DNA of 50,348 bases from Girardia tigrina (Eukaryota), in the NCBI GenBank assembly GCA_001938485.1, contig MQRK01212342.1, forward strand, positions 1-50,348, written 5' to 3'. Shown here in pieces: positions 1-13,000 of the stretch (position 1 is the stretch's first letter; every line of letters starts with the position of its first letter). A program made the position numbers and the translations under genes. The notes under the pieces were generated by a model. It saw only the letters and a program-made list of their open reading frames with translations. It searched no databases and had not been told where the DNA came from.

Positions 1-249
1 CTCAAATTAGACCTAATAAAATTCGAAAAAATAAAAAAACAATAATATTTAAACAAATTTCCTAACTATTTAAATTTAATAATTGTTGATCTGAAAAATA
101 AATAGAAATGCACTCGTATGAATTTTCACGAAAATTTGTTTTTATTTTTTCAATAAATTTGATTTTTAAAATAGATTTTTTTTAGAAAATTTTAAAACCA
201 TTGTGGGCCGCAAAAAAGTAAGCGGCGGGCCGCGAGTTTGACATGCCTG
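1..249. mobile_element. End of hAT (Charlie/Buster-type) non-autonomous element
   Basis: Ends GCGGGCCGCGAGTTTGACATGCCTG, similar to the terminus of the MITE at 29725-30082. Confidence 0.65.
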
Positions 250-620
250 ATATAAATGAACAACTTTTCTCGAGATTTTTCGAACATGTTCGCAACATCG
301 AAATAACGATTAAAATGCGTTATAATTTGTTTGAGATCATCTGCAGTAAAAGACAATCTATAATAGTATTTGGCATGGTCGCCATGTTAACAGGGTTGAA
401 AACTAGATAATTATTTTCTTTCATTTTAATTTAAAAGTAAGAATTTTTCTTCCAAACTAAATTATTACAAAATCAAATTAAAAAATTTGTAATCACTTTT
501 TAATATTTAATTTTCTCACACTTAATTTTTGTGAAGGATAACATAACTTACGAAAGACGAAATATCTTTTCATACATCAACAATGTGTTAATATTAACAT
601 TTTCAATCATTTGTAAATAC

Positions 621-698
621 CTTGAATATCTTGGCTTGAAGTTTTTAAAACTGCATTAATGTCTTCAGTTGTTTCGTTTGATCTACCAGATGCCACCA
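621..698 (-). CDS. CFAP70: CFAP70 exon 19 ([26 protein letters not shown])
   Basis: Open phase 1/1 exon after a 61-nt intron; GTATTT donor; poorly conserved linker. Confidence 0.7.
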
Positions 699-3600
699 CT
701 AACGCATAAGTGTATTCGCCGTAAATATTGTAAAATTAAGACAATATGATTAAATTTACCTTGACTTGTTTCTGCTATATCCAACAAATCTTGCTTTGAT
801 TTTGAAACCTTTTTACGTGGATTATTTAATTTGTTTGCTTCTTGAATCGCCATTTCATACTGAATTTCTTTATTGATGTAATTGTAAAATATGCCTGGGT
901 TGAACAAAAGTTATTAATAAAAATCAAAAACTTAAATGTATGAAAATAATGGTTCCCCGACAAAATAGCGATGATAAAATAGCGCCGACAAAATTACGCT
1001 AATATTTATTAATTATTAAAATCTTGGTTTTGGATATTATTTGTTGTGTATTATATGTACGGATGGGGGAAAATCAACAAGGATGCCAATTCTATCGATT
1101 TCCAATGGAGCGCCAGGAAATGGCGATTTCGACGAGCAGGACTGGAGGGCCGGCGGTTTGATCTCGGAGGTGATTCGGAAGATCGGGATAGACGTTGGTC
1201 CGGGACGTAAGGACGCTCCGCTTGTTGGGGTTCGATCGTGGATGCATCTCACCGTGTTCTCTCGAGAGGATCTCGAGGGCCATTTGTGCTGGTGAACAAG
1301 AGCGTGGACGGAAGGACGTTGATGATACTCGTGCTCGGCTGGCTGGGACTCAGGCAGCGAGTGTGCGCGGTGAAAGCGCCAGGGTTTGGCGACAAATTTA
1401 AGATCAAGCATAGGAAGATGGCGACAGTGGGGATCGTGTTTGATGACTATGTGGACACCGAAATAATCGAGAGGTTGGTCGTGGATGATCAAGAGGCGGA
1501 GAACAATGAAGCAGGCTTGCTCTACTGCAAGGTGGTGGTGGGAGCGTGCAATATCAAGGACAGTTTGCATTATTCGCACTTCTCGCGTCATGTGAAAAAG
1601 CTGCCGGTGGTCGTGGCGGAGACAATAAAAAAATAGGTGTTGATCGAGCTAGCGGTGTGTGCGGGGTTCAATGGACACCAGGGCAGCAAAGGCGACATGG
1701 AGTGTTCAGACGGGACCAGTGGTGAGCGGTGATTCACCATGGTGCAAGTGTATGACATGGTGTACGGCATGGTGTTCGGGTAGACAGCAACATCAGCGGT
1801 TGTACCCTGGTCACTGGTCACTGAAATTCAGGAGCTGGCTGCAACTCGGTGATTCGCAGTGCGGTCCAAGGGCAATAATTAAAATTTTTGGCTACCGCAG
1901 ATTCTGATTTGAAATTTTGGAACAGACCGAACTCAGTTACTCAGGGTGCGGTCTATGAGCCGCAAATATATTTTATAATTTTTATAAATACAATTATAAA
2001 ATTTATAAACTTTTATTTAAAAAAAATCAAATCACCGCTCACCACTGATCCGTCTGAACATTCCATGTCGCCTTTGCTGCCCTGCTGTCCATTGAGCCCC
2101 GCACACACCGCTAGCTCGATCAACACCTATTTTTTTATTGTCTCCGCCACGACCACCGGCAGCTTTTTATTTTATCAAATTGAAAGCGTTTGTTAGAGGT
2201 AGATTGTACTATACTCGATATCGGAAGTTATTTTTTACTTTTTAAATGAAAATAAAAAAAACAATAGTCTGCGCTATTTTCTCGGGAAATTTGTCACTTT
2301 TTGTCGGAGCTATTTTGTCATCGCTATTTTGTCGGGTCACCGTTATATCGTAATTTAAATAGTTAAATGATTCAAAATAAATTGATAATTTCTTTTTTAT
2401 AATTAATTAATTTATAATTAATGTAATGAAATATAAATATATAAATTTATCATTTGCGAAAGATAATTAACCCATTAACGCCGAACGGGAACATTCATGC
2501 CCAGCTAATAAAAATGGCTGTAAAAGGAAAGACATTGCATTTAGCTATGTCTCGTTGATAAGGTGTGTACTCTGAAGGTTCAGAACACATACGGAACATG
2601 TTTTGTTTCTCTGTCACCAGGCATTATGAAAAATTATGAAAAATTATGGAAAATTATGAAAAATTCATATTACATAATTCTCGGCACTAATGGGTTAATT
2701 TAAAAGATATTACTGAGAATTATTTTAACGATGATTCTGTAGGTTAGCAATAAATTTATAAATACAAAACATGATGTTGTTCCTAACGTCAACGGAGGTC
2801 GTACATTATATTTAAATCTTTTTTACATTTTTTCTTCTGGTATTGAATTGAATATTGAGTTCCGAAATATCAGCAAATAAAAAATATAAGTTAGTTTGAA
2901 TCGAATTTATTTTATATTTAAAATTAAATTTACCGAGACACGTCCAAGCAAAAATACTGTCTGGGTGGTAAATAGTTGCAGCCTCAAAAAATGTTTCAGC
3001 TTCCTCCAAACGATTCTGGAGAGAACAAACTATTCCATACATAATCAATCTAAATACGACTCATCATCAAATTTATAAGACTAAAATTAACTCAACCCAT
3101 TTAAATGTTGTGGATTTAAAGAAATGCATTCTTTAAAACTGTGTTCCGAATCCAATAGTAATTTATGGGACATCAAATAAACTCCATAGTCAAACCAAAA
3201 TTGAGGATTATTTCGATCTTTAGCTATTCTTTCCTTGTAATATCGGTCGGCAGATACATGATCTTCATTTATTTCTGCCTCTCTTGCAAAGTGTAATAGT
3301 TGATCAGTTGTTATTTCAACACTTGGTGACGGTTTGGTATCTTTTAAAGTGATAACCTTCTTTATTCCTTCTTGTAGTTCATCAACAAGGTAAACAAACA
3401 AATTTCTCAAGAACTCCTAAAAATGCATTTCGATAAGTCATTAGAAAAAAATTTTATATAAACGAAAATAACTCTGATTTATTATAAAAAAACTTTTCTG
3501 AAGTCACAAAGTTACAAACAAAATATCATTATTTCAAAACAAGTAATGACGAATTCACTAAAATCTAACCATTTTCAATAATTTATCCTCTAGAACGAAA

Positions 3601-6600
3601 AATGGCATTTTAAATAATAATGAAAATAAAGGCCATTTATTAGTAAATTTATTCCTAAAACAGACGCATTTCACCATTATAGCAGCTTCACTGTAAAGAA
3701 ATATAAGTATATTTCTATTTAATTAACATTTAAATCTTAAATTCATAAAAAGAGGAAATATATCATTATTACTAATTTCAAAGTAGTTATTGAAAATTTC
3801 TTTGATGAATTCTTTTATATGATTAAAAGAATCATAATTTCTCTTTCAAAGATCTTTTACTTGGTTTGTCACAAATTTTACTTCTCAAGAAGGTAAACAC
3901 ATACAGTTATTTGACATGACGCGGCTAATTAGCACTCTTCAATGAACAACAGCCAATATAAAAGCAAATGGGTATTACTTTTATATCACTCCATTTTCTT
4001 AAATGCATCTTTTTCAGCACCACCATGAATATTATTATTGAAAGCCTGTATCGATAGATTTTCAAAGATTGAGCGCCTTTGGAGATATGTAGGCATTTGC
4101 ATGGTGCCAATCTTGATAATCTTCCCTCATATTCAACCTTTTTCCTCTTGCACAAAGAATTTCGTGATGGGAGACGAATAGGTTTCTCACAAAAGAAGAT
4201 CTAGATGCCCTTCTTAAGCGCTGCTTTAATTGAATATTGACTATATCAGAACCCTGGCTAAGCAACCGTCGAAACATTGAGTTCGTCAGAATGTAGAAAC
4301 AACCGATTTGACTAGGGCTACAGTTTACCGTCTTCTAAATGGCTCACTGTGTCTTAAAAAATTGTGTTCTGCTTGGATTCTTAATCACGTCTCAGAAAAA
4401 AACAAACTTTACCATGTTACCTATGTTACTAACATAATCAACATCTATAAAAGTAAAACCATGCGAAAAAAACTTGGATCTTATTTGACACCCTTCCTTT
4501 AAATGAAGTGAACAAGTTTTGAATGGATCCTTCAGCAGCAAGACCAACAATTCTTCGCGTGAAGTTAACGAACAGAAAACCAATAGTTCTATTTCTTTAC
4601 TACAGACGGAAAAGTTATTGCAAATGCGCTTACACTGGGAAACAGGAACTAGTTAGATTTATCTGAATTTCATTCACAACATTGAAGAGAAGTGAGGTAA
4701 ATGATAAAATACTCAACTAAATTGTGTCTTCTATGTTTGCCAAATATCAAAGGTTCCCAAAGACAAAATAAAATCATGTTCTCACTACCAGTGGTGAAAA
4801 ATGGGGGCAATAGTTTAAATAGATTTCTCCAGACCAATGTAGTTTACTGTTAACTCTTTTATGTTAATGTTTACATGAAAACAATATCATACCTATATTC
4901 ATTCTTATGTGTCGAATTATTTAACTTTAGAATAAATTAATCGTTCGAAGAGGTTCTCAAACGAAAGAATAACCTTCTGAATGGCCTTATTCTTTTTAAA
5001 TACTTTTCTAATTTTTTAATTTTGAATCTATGTAATTAATTTTTTATAATAACATTTTAGCATTACTTGATTTACTAAGTTATGGTATTACGCTTTATGA
5101 CTTTACCATTAATCCTGGTAAGACAACCTTGTAATCATTCGTCCAAGAAGATCACGAAGTCCTTCTTTAGATGATATTTCGTGTTCCTAAATAGAAACTA
5201 GTTTTATCACAACTTGGATTTTCAAGTTTCAGTCGATATTTAATTTAACACTTTGTGATTAAGCAACAATTTCAGATGTAATGACGTAATCCATAATGAC
5301 TTTCTAAAACCTGGTTCGTCAACTACAGCAGATGTCTACTGTAACCAATTGGAAGATATAATGCGGAAATTCAAAGAAAAACAGCTGTGTTTGATAAGAA
5401 TGATGACTTCCATCTTACTTCAAGGACAATGCAAAACCACTGAAGACTGTGACAAAACAACATGCACTTGAGTTAGAATTTCTGTACTATCCTCAATATT
5501 CATTAGAACTAGGCTCAGTTGACTACCATTTCTTCCTCGATTTGATCAACTTTTTGATAAGAAAAACATTCAATTCCGAAGATGTTGTAAAAATGGCATT
5601 CCAGGAATTAATAGATTCTCCCCACCAAATTTGTATTCAAATGGCCTCTGCAAGCTGCCGCTCAAATGACAAAAATGTGTCGATAATATGGGTGCATATT
5701 TTGATGAATGAGATAAATATTTTTATTTGTAAATTATCGACAAATTTTGACTTAAGTTCTAAAAATTTCATACTTAATGACCTAATATTATATATTCAAT
5801 GAAAACTTTTATTTCTGACCTGTAATTCGGTTTGGTCAGTGATCGTTGAGATTCTCAAACATTTTTCCCGTACAATTTTGATAACGGCGTATTTTAATTG
5901 CTCTTTAAAAGCAAAGTATTTTCCAGTAGAATTTAAATCATAAATTAATTCTTGTCGCCTATTAATATCAATTAAATCCAACAAAATATTTATCTGTAGC
6001 TCACATTTGTTCCATGGCTTCCTGATTGTTAAGGATATCACCGTTTGTTAGTTCTTCAGCAAATAAAGTCCTAAGAATTTATCTTATATTTGGGAAAGTT
6101 TTTTTCAAATTTAGAGTACCTGAATTCAGCCAACAATTGTTTGGTAATATTTGCAACCTGATTATGGTAATCTTCAACTGCCTAAATAAATATTGGATAA
6201 TATAATAAAAAAATGAAATGAAATATTTACAACATACTATAAATAATAATAACAATCTTTTAATTTTAAAACTGTTTTATAACCTTTTCTGCACTATTAA
6301 ATCTTTTGGCCAGGGGATCTCTACGAGGTATATATACCTCGACTTTCTCTGCAACTTCTTCAGGTTTTCGTTTTTCAACCAATGGTCGATCAAGTTTAAT
6401 CTCAATCGTGATGTAGGACTCCGATTCTTCATACTGATGACCTTCTACATTAACCACAGGCTCTACAGCCTCTGGAACATTAGGATCGGGTGGCAGGACC
6501 TGACCCATAGCGGACTGTGCTGTCATTGGTGGCTTAACAGGAGGTCCCTGAATAGAAACACATATTTACAACATTTAGTTTTATTTAAATTTGTAACTTT

Positions 6601-9600
6601 TTTCTCCGGTTTTTTATCAACGGTTTTTTTATTTCCAATAGAAGAAGCGCTTTGGTGCATCAAACTGTTAGTAATACGAACGGCTTCATCAACAATGCCA
6701 ACGTTTCTACCAGTCTTAACAATAATAATTTTGATAATGATTACGAATATTAAATAGTTAATGTCTTAATAAATTATGAATACAATTTTCATATAGAAGT
6801 AAACTTTTTGAATTTTATACTCCGTTTATTTTTAAAAGAAAATTTATTAAAATTATTTGTTGACAAATAATACTAAAACTGTTTCATCAAAGCAATAAAT
6901 AGGTTCACATGCTTCACTATTCTAAATTATTAATTAATATAAAATAAAAGATATAGTATAATATATCTTTTATAATATAATATAAAATATAAAAGAAAAA
7001 TACAAAAAAAAGATTTTGATTCGCAACAAAGAAATCGATAAGAAATATTTATAATTTTGGTAATTATAATTATAAAAAATAATAATTATTATTATTATAT
7101 TGTTATAGATAAGTACTTGCAAATAATAGATTTTTGTAGTATTATAAATACTTTTCTATACAAGAAGAAAAAAATATATAAATGAAATAGATATAATAAC
7201 AATAGGTGAATATTGTAAAAGAGCTAACTGAAAACGTGTTTAAGTGAATTCTTTTAACGTAAAAAAATAAAGATAAATATATATAAAACGTTTATTTTTA
7301 TACAATATAAATAAACATAAATAACAAAAAAAATCACATACGAGAGAGAGAGAACGGCACAGATAAATCTCGATTTCGATTTGTGTTTGTTGTTCAAAGG
7401 TTTCAAGGAATGATTTTCTGTTGTCAAAATATCGATGGAAACGTCAGAGAATCATTCGGTTGCACAACGAGATTTTGAGAAAATAGATTACATAAAGAGG
7501 AACACTTTCAGGGGGAATATTGATAAATTGGATTGCAGAAAATTCCTTTACGAACCGATTTTACAAGAAAACGCCCCGCAGGCAATATAGTATAATTTTA
7601 AACAGTAATATTTAATGATTGTTTTTATCGATTGTTTATATATATATAATTTATATATAATAATTGACTGGGTCACTACAAATATTATTGATATTATAAT
7701 GGAAAGAAAAAACGAAGAAATATACACAAATCACTCTAATAAAAAATATAGAGGGAGGTATAAAGAATAAACAAATTACTTCAGATGAGAGTTCACGAAT
7801 GATTATGCTACGATTGTGGATGATATGTAGGAAATTATCACTGACAATAGCTAATATTGCAAGTTTATGAATAGTTCATGATTTGTGAGAATTACTTGCC
7901 ATTTGTTTGATTGTTAAAGCCGAAAGGAACCAGTTGATTGATAGTCGGTAATAATATTTATTCAGTGTTGTCGCTAGGGTTGCTGTCACCCAGCGCGGTA
8001 AAGTCACGGTGTCACCCCTCCGGATTTATTTTGAGTGTTGAGGCAGTGAAGCCCAATCCGCCAATCATGCATTGTAAATGCATTTTTGTAGGGTATCTAC
8101 AGCAGCTATGTACCGGTACCGTTTGAATGATTTCACAACAAGTCAATGAACGTGTACGTTACTTTATCATCGCATAAAATTACTGGTAAAGTCAAATCAA
8201 CATGAAATGACGCAATAATAAAATTTCTAAATCGGAAACTGACGTCATGGACTTCGAATAACCTCTGTTTTTTAGTTAACCTTAGCTTAACGTCGGGTTA
8301 TTTATACAGGGTTATTTCCGCGATGTATTTTTCATTTGGTGACACCCTCTGAGATTGTGTCACCCGGTGTGGTCAGCACTACCCGCACCCGCCTAGCGAC
8401 GCTACTGTATTTATTACAATAGTGATGAATGGACTTCGTTGATGATTTGTGATTAACAATTACTCCAATTATGTTGACTATAGGTAGTGAATGGAATATG
8501 CTTGTTGGATGTCAAACATAAGATTATTGTCGATATAGAGAACTGTAAATACAGAATATTTAGATTGGTTGTTCATTATGGTAAAGTAAGAATTTTCGTT
8601 CAACTGATATTGTAAAATAATAAATAATATTGATTATTTAATTTTTGATATTCCAGAGGGTTTAGGGAAAAACATCGCAGAAAAAAACATTGTCAATTTT
8701 GTTGCGGAAATTGTAAAAATATTTTAATTTTTTTTGTAAATTGCTTACTAACCTTACCTAATCCTAACCTAAATTATTAGTGATTTATAAATTCAAAATT
8801 ATTATTTGTAAGCAACAAAAAATCAATTTTATCAATTTAATTATGATAAATAATAATATAATTTTAATGATAAATTTATAGTGATAATTTAAAAAAATAA
8901 AATATTTCAAAAATAAAAAGAAACAAAGTTAAATAATGCCAAAATAATTTTAATAATATATCTATATTATAATCTAAAGACTTTTAAATAATTTAAAATT
9001 GTAATCAAATTTTAGTAATTCTAATTATTTAATAATGATTAATATTATAATTTTTATATTTTTGTAATTTTGAATCTTATAGTTTTTTTGAATTTTTTAT
9101 TTTTTTCAGTTTTTTTTATTTAAATATTTTTTTAATTTTTTTATAATAAACTTTAAATTTTAAGTCATTTTCTTTTTAAAGAAATTTTTCACGATTTTTT
9201 AATTAATTAAATAATTTATTCCAGTATGAAAATAATATATTTTACAAGAATATATTAAAAAATCAATACAAATTCAAATATAATTCGAATAAAATTCTTT
9301 CACATGCTACAAAATTAATGTAAAATGTGATGGAGAAAGTGATTAATCATTTTTGTTTAAATATTCGACAGTCAGTTGCGCGTGATTTGAAGTGAATTAA
9401 TTTGTCGGTGAAAATAAATTTTTGCTTAATTTTCATTCTTTTACATAAAGAAAAAATTACTATAATTAAATATAGTTCAATAATCTGCAATGTTTTTTTC
9501 CGGATCCCATTCCTTATTAATATTGATTTTACTATGGAATTTATATATGTAATTATATGCATATATATATATATATATATAAGTATAGTACTATACAATT

Positions 9601-10021
9601 ATTAGTTTTATTTTTATTATTTTTATCATTATTATTATATTCAGTATTATTATGACCATAATTATAATTATTTTTTGTTTAATAAATGAAAAACAAATTT
9701 ACCAATTCTAGACAATCAACTTCGTTGTACCCAACTACTTTATAGGCACCTCGGATACGTTTTACTGAAAATAGAAATAAATAAAATATATTAAGACATT
9801 AAAAATGTGATAATGTTTGTTTCGAGAAGTTTATGAAGAAGCATATCAAGTATATAATTGCCTTTTAGTATTTATTTTAAAATATTTTAAAACAAGTTTA
9901 ATAAGGAAGGATCACGGTCATGATTACCAGAAATTTAGAAAAAGGTTTTCTGTTTAAGTTCTGATCCTGATCAGACTTGCCAATGTCAATATAAAAAGAA
10001 ATATTAAACATAAAAAATGTA

Positions 10022-10059
<38 letters not shown>

Positions 10060-13000
10060 CAATTAAAATAACAAACTTCGCTCGAGACAACTAGCTGAAC
10101 TTTTTTACTCATCTTGAAGGATATTCATATCAGTCAACAAAAAAATTGCAAAAAACATTTGGAGATCATGATACCACTAAAATAAATTGGGCTTCTAGAA
10201 TTGGTCCCATTGATACACTCTTCTAAAGGAACGAAATTTACTGAACAAACTTGCAACGTTAATTGTTGTTTCTTATAAAGAGGTGTCACCGGAGATGAAG
10301 AGACTGATAGCATCAAACTTTGTGCGTAAAATAACTATTCTGTCTCAATGAAAAAAAATGGTATGGTTTGTGGGAATTGTGCAGTATATTCTTTTTTAAA
10401 GAGAATATTTACTGAGATTGAATCATAAAATGCGGAATCGTAATAAACAATATTTTTCCAAAAGAAGACCGTTTTATACGAGAAAAAAATTGTTTTTGTT
10501 AAAAGAGATTCAAATATACATTAAGAACAGAACGGCTACTAGATAGAAGATGACATGTCCGACCTTGCATCATTTGATTTTCTCCTTTTCTTGTCCCTCA
10601 AACATTTTTCTTTTCCACTTTAAAATTTGGAGAATTCGATACTTACAGCATTTGTGAAAGAGAACATTGGTATGGTTTAATGAAATTTGTTTCTAAATCT
10701 TTGGAACTATCAGTAAACAACCTACCAAACTTTTCAGTCTCTCAATACATGTATGCATGTTTTGGTTGTGCCCCGTATTGCTTTTCTATTTCTTTAAATT
10801 AAATAATCCTACCGATTAACAAATATGTAGACAGATCCTTTTCTCGGCATTATATAGAAATAGAAGTTGAAAAGATAACTTAATGTTTATTTTTCTATGT
10901 AATCTCCTTGTTGCACCTTATTGGTAGCAGCTCTAGTCATCTAAAAACATAATCCTATACATTACTAAAAATTTGGCTTAAACCGCAGCTGTAATTTCAT
11001 CATCTTTTTTAAATTTTCTCTCTTGTGAATCAGACTTCAGTTTGGAGAATAGATAAAAGTCCCTGGAAGCCAAGTTTGTACTGTAAAGTGAATGAAAAAT
11101 TTCTTCAAATACTCATTCATCCATAGTGATCTTGATAACAATGGATATATGGAATTGGGCCTTGTCATGACATTATATTGATGGCTTCAAGCAAGAGGTG
11201 CAATGGACTCACATAATACTCTCCGTTTATCTTATGTTTCTTTAACTGTTGTTAAATAATAAAAGCCTTTTGAAATCCTAAAATATTATTGTCATTATCC
11301 TTTTAGTTGCCTGAGTGACATTGACTTTTTTTACGATCAACCTCACCGCATGTTATACATTATAATGATTCCTGCTTTGATAATTGATTATAATACAATA
11401 CCATAGTCTCATCTCCAGTAACAATCGACTCACTTTTTTAGTGTTGCCATTATATTCATCCAACATATTCAGGTAGCATCTCACACGCTTTATTATAAAC
11501 AATCGAAAAAAGTCTAGATCTCCATCTTGTACTAACTTTAATCATCAGGAATTCCGACAACTGTTATTTTAGGTAGCTTGTTGCGATATCTATAGTCTGG
11601 CCGCCATAAGATTGATAGTACCTGGAGTGATTGCATCCGTAGGTCGATAAGAGTGATATATTTATAAATTTTTTTCGTCCCTATATAAATAATTTAACTC
11701 ACTTTTTGATGGTTTAATATGAAGAGGAAGACTGGTCATATACTTCAACTTATTAGTGTTTCAGTACTGTTGGAGAATTACTTTCTTTGGTCAAAAATGT
11801 GAATAATGCTCTATATTTAATTTTAAACATCTCCAAAAGCCAAAGAATATATCAACATAAAAGTAGTATCATAATGAGACTAATAAATATATATTGCTGT
11901 TTACGTAAAAATAATAATAACAGATGTTTAGTCAAGCTATAAGCGAAGTATAAACCAATCATGAATATCGCTAGATAGGCAGGTATGGAACTTTTGGATC
12001 TGCCTACGTATCATGTTTTCAGGCAATATTATTAGAAAATATTTACTCTGTAGAATTTGAGACAATAAGTTACATAAAATATCGATATATATTATTCACT
12101 AAAAATAATTTATTTGAATTTAGAAACTTAAATAAATAAAAAGTATTATAATGTACCTCCCGGGAACAGTAATGGCGAAAGATTAACAAGCGCATATCCA
12201 TGGAAATTAACTGCATTTTCATCGTCCTTAATAAATATTTCAATAAGTTATTCTTAATAATTAATTAAAACTCATAAATTTCTGGAATATAAAAGCTGCA
12301 AACAAAATTGAACTGGAAAATATTGTTTATAATTTATAAATAAAAGAATGTGGTGCACAAAAATATTAAATTAAAAATCATGACTTAAAAAAAATTCTCA
12401 TAACAAAAAAGTGCATTTGCAAATAAATAAAATGTTATTAACCTCTTGTGACCTGAATATTGATAAGTGTATAAAAATTATTAGTTTTTTTGGTTAAGTC
12501 ATTAAATTAAGATGTTTGTAAAAAATTAATTAATCTCATTAGAACTATTTAATTCTATTGAATGTCCCGAATATGACACTATAGGCCACAACAGTTTCTA
12601 TACAGGTTACGATTAACTGGAGACCAATATATTTTATGTCTCGAATTTGACTCATACGGTCACAAGAGGTTAAGAAAAATAAATAAAATAATCTTCTTCA
12701 AGTTTTCCAATAATAATAAACAACATGCACAAAAAAGCTTTAAATGTTTATACAATCATATGAGATTATTAGTCATGACTTTACAATTACACCTTTTAAT
12801 GAGAGAAAATTTGTAAAGGGGAAAGTCGAAAAAAGATTTTGTCTTTTAAACATCATAAAACAAACATGAGATAAGCCAATTCAATTATATCTGTAAGCTT
12901 GTGGTGTTTTTTTGGTATCACGTTTTTATAATAACCACTGACACATACCACGCAACTACTTTCGGGTTGTTCCATAAGTTCCTGCGTTTTTTTCATAAAA

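Noticed and set aside
1037-1591. 184-aa minus-strand ORF
   Set aside because: Probably a shadow of the GC-rich insert; no recognisable motifs.
6218-6757. 179-aa plus-strand ORF
   Set aside because: It is the antisense shadow of CFAP70 exons 11-12.
9347-9605. Short I/F/K/Y-rich ORFs (also 30351-30542 and 30774-30989)
   Set aside because: Chance ORFs in low-complexity AT-rich intron DNA.
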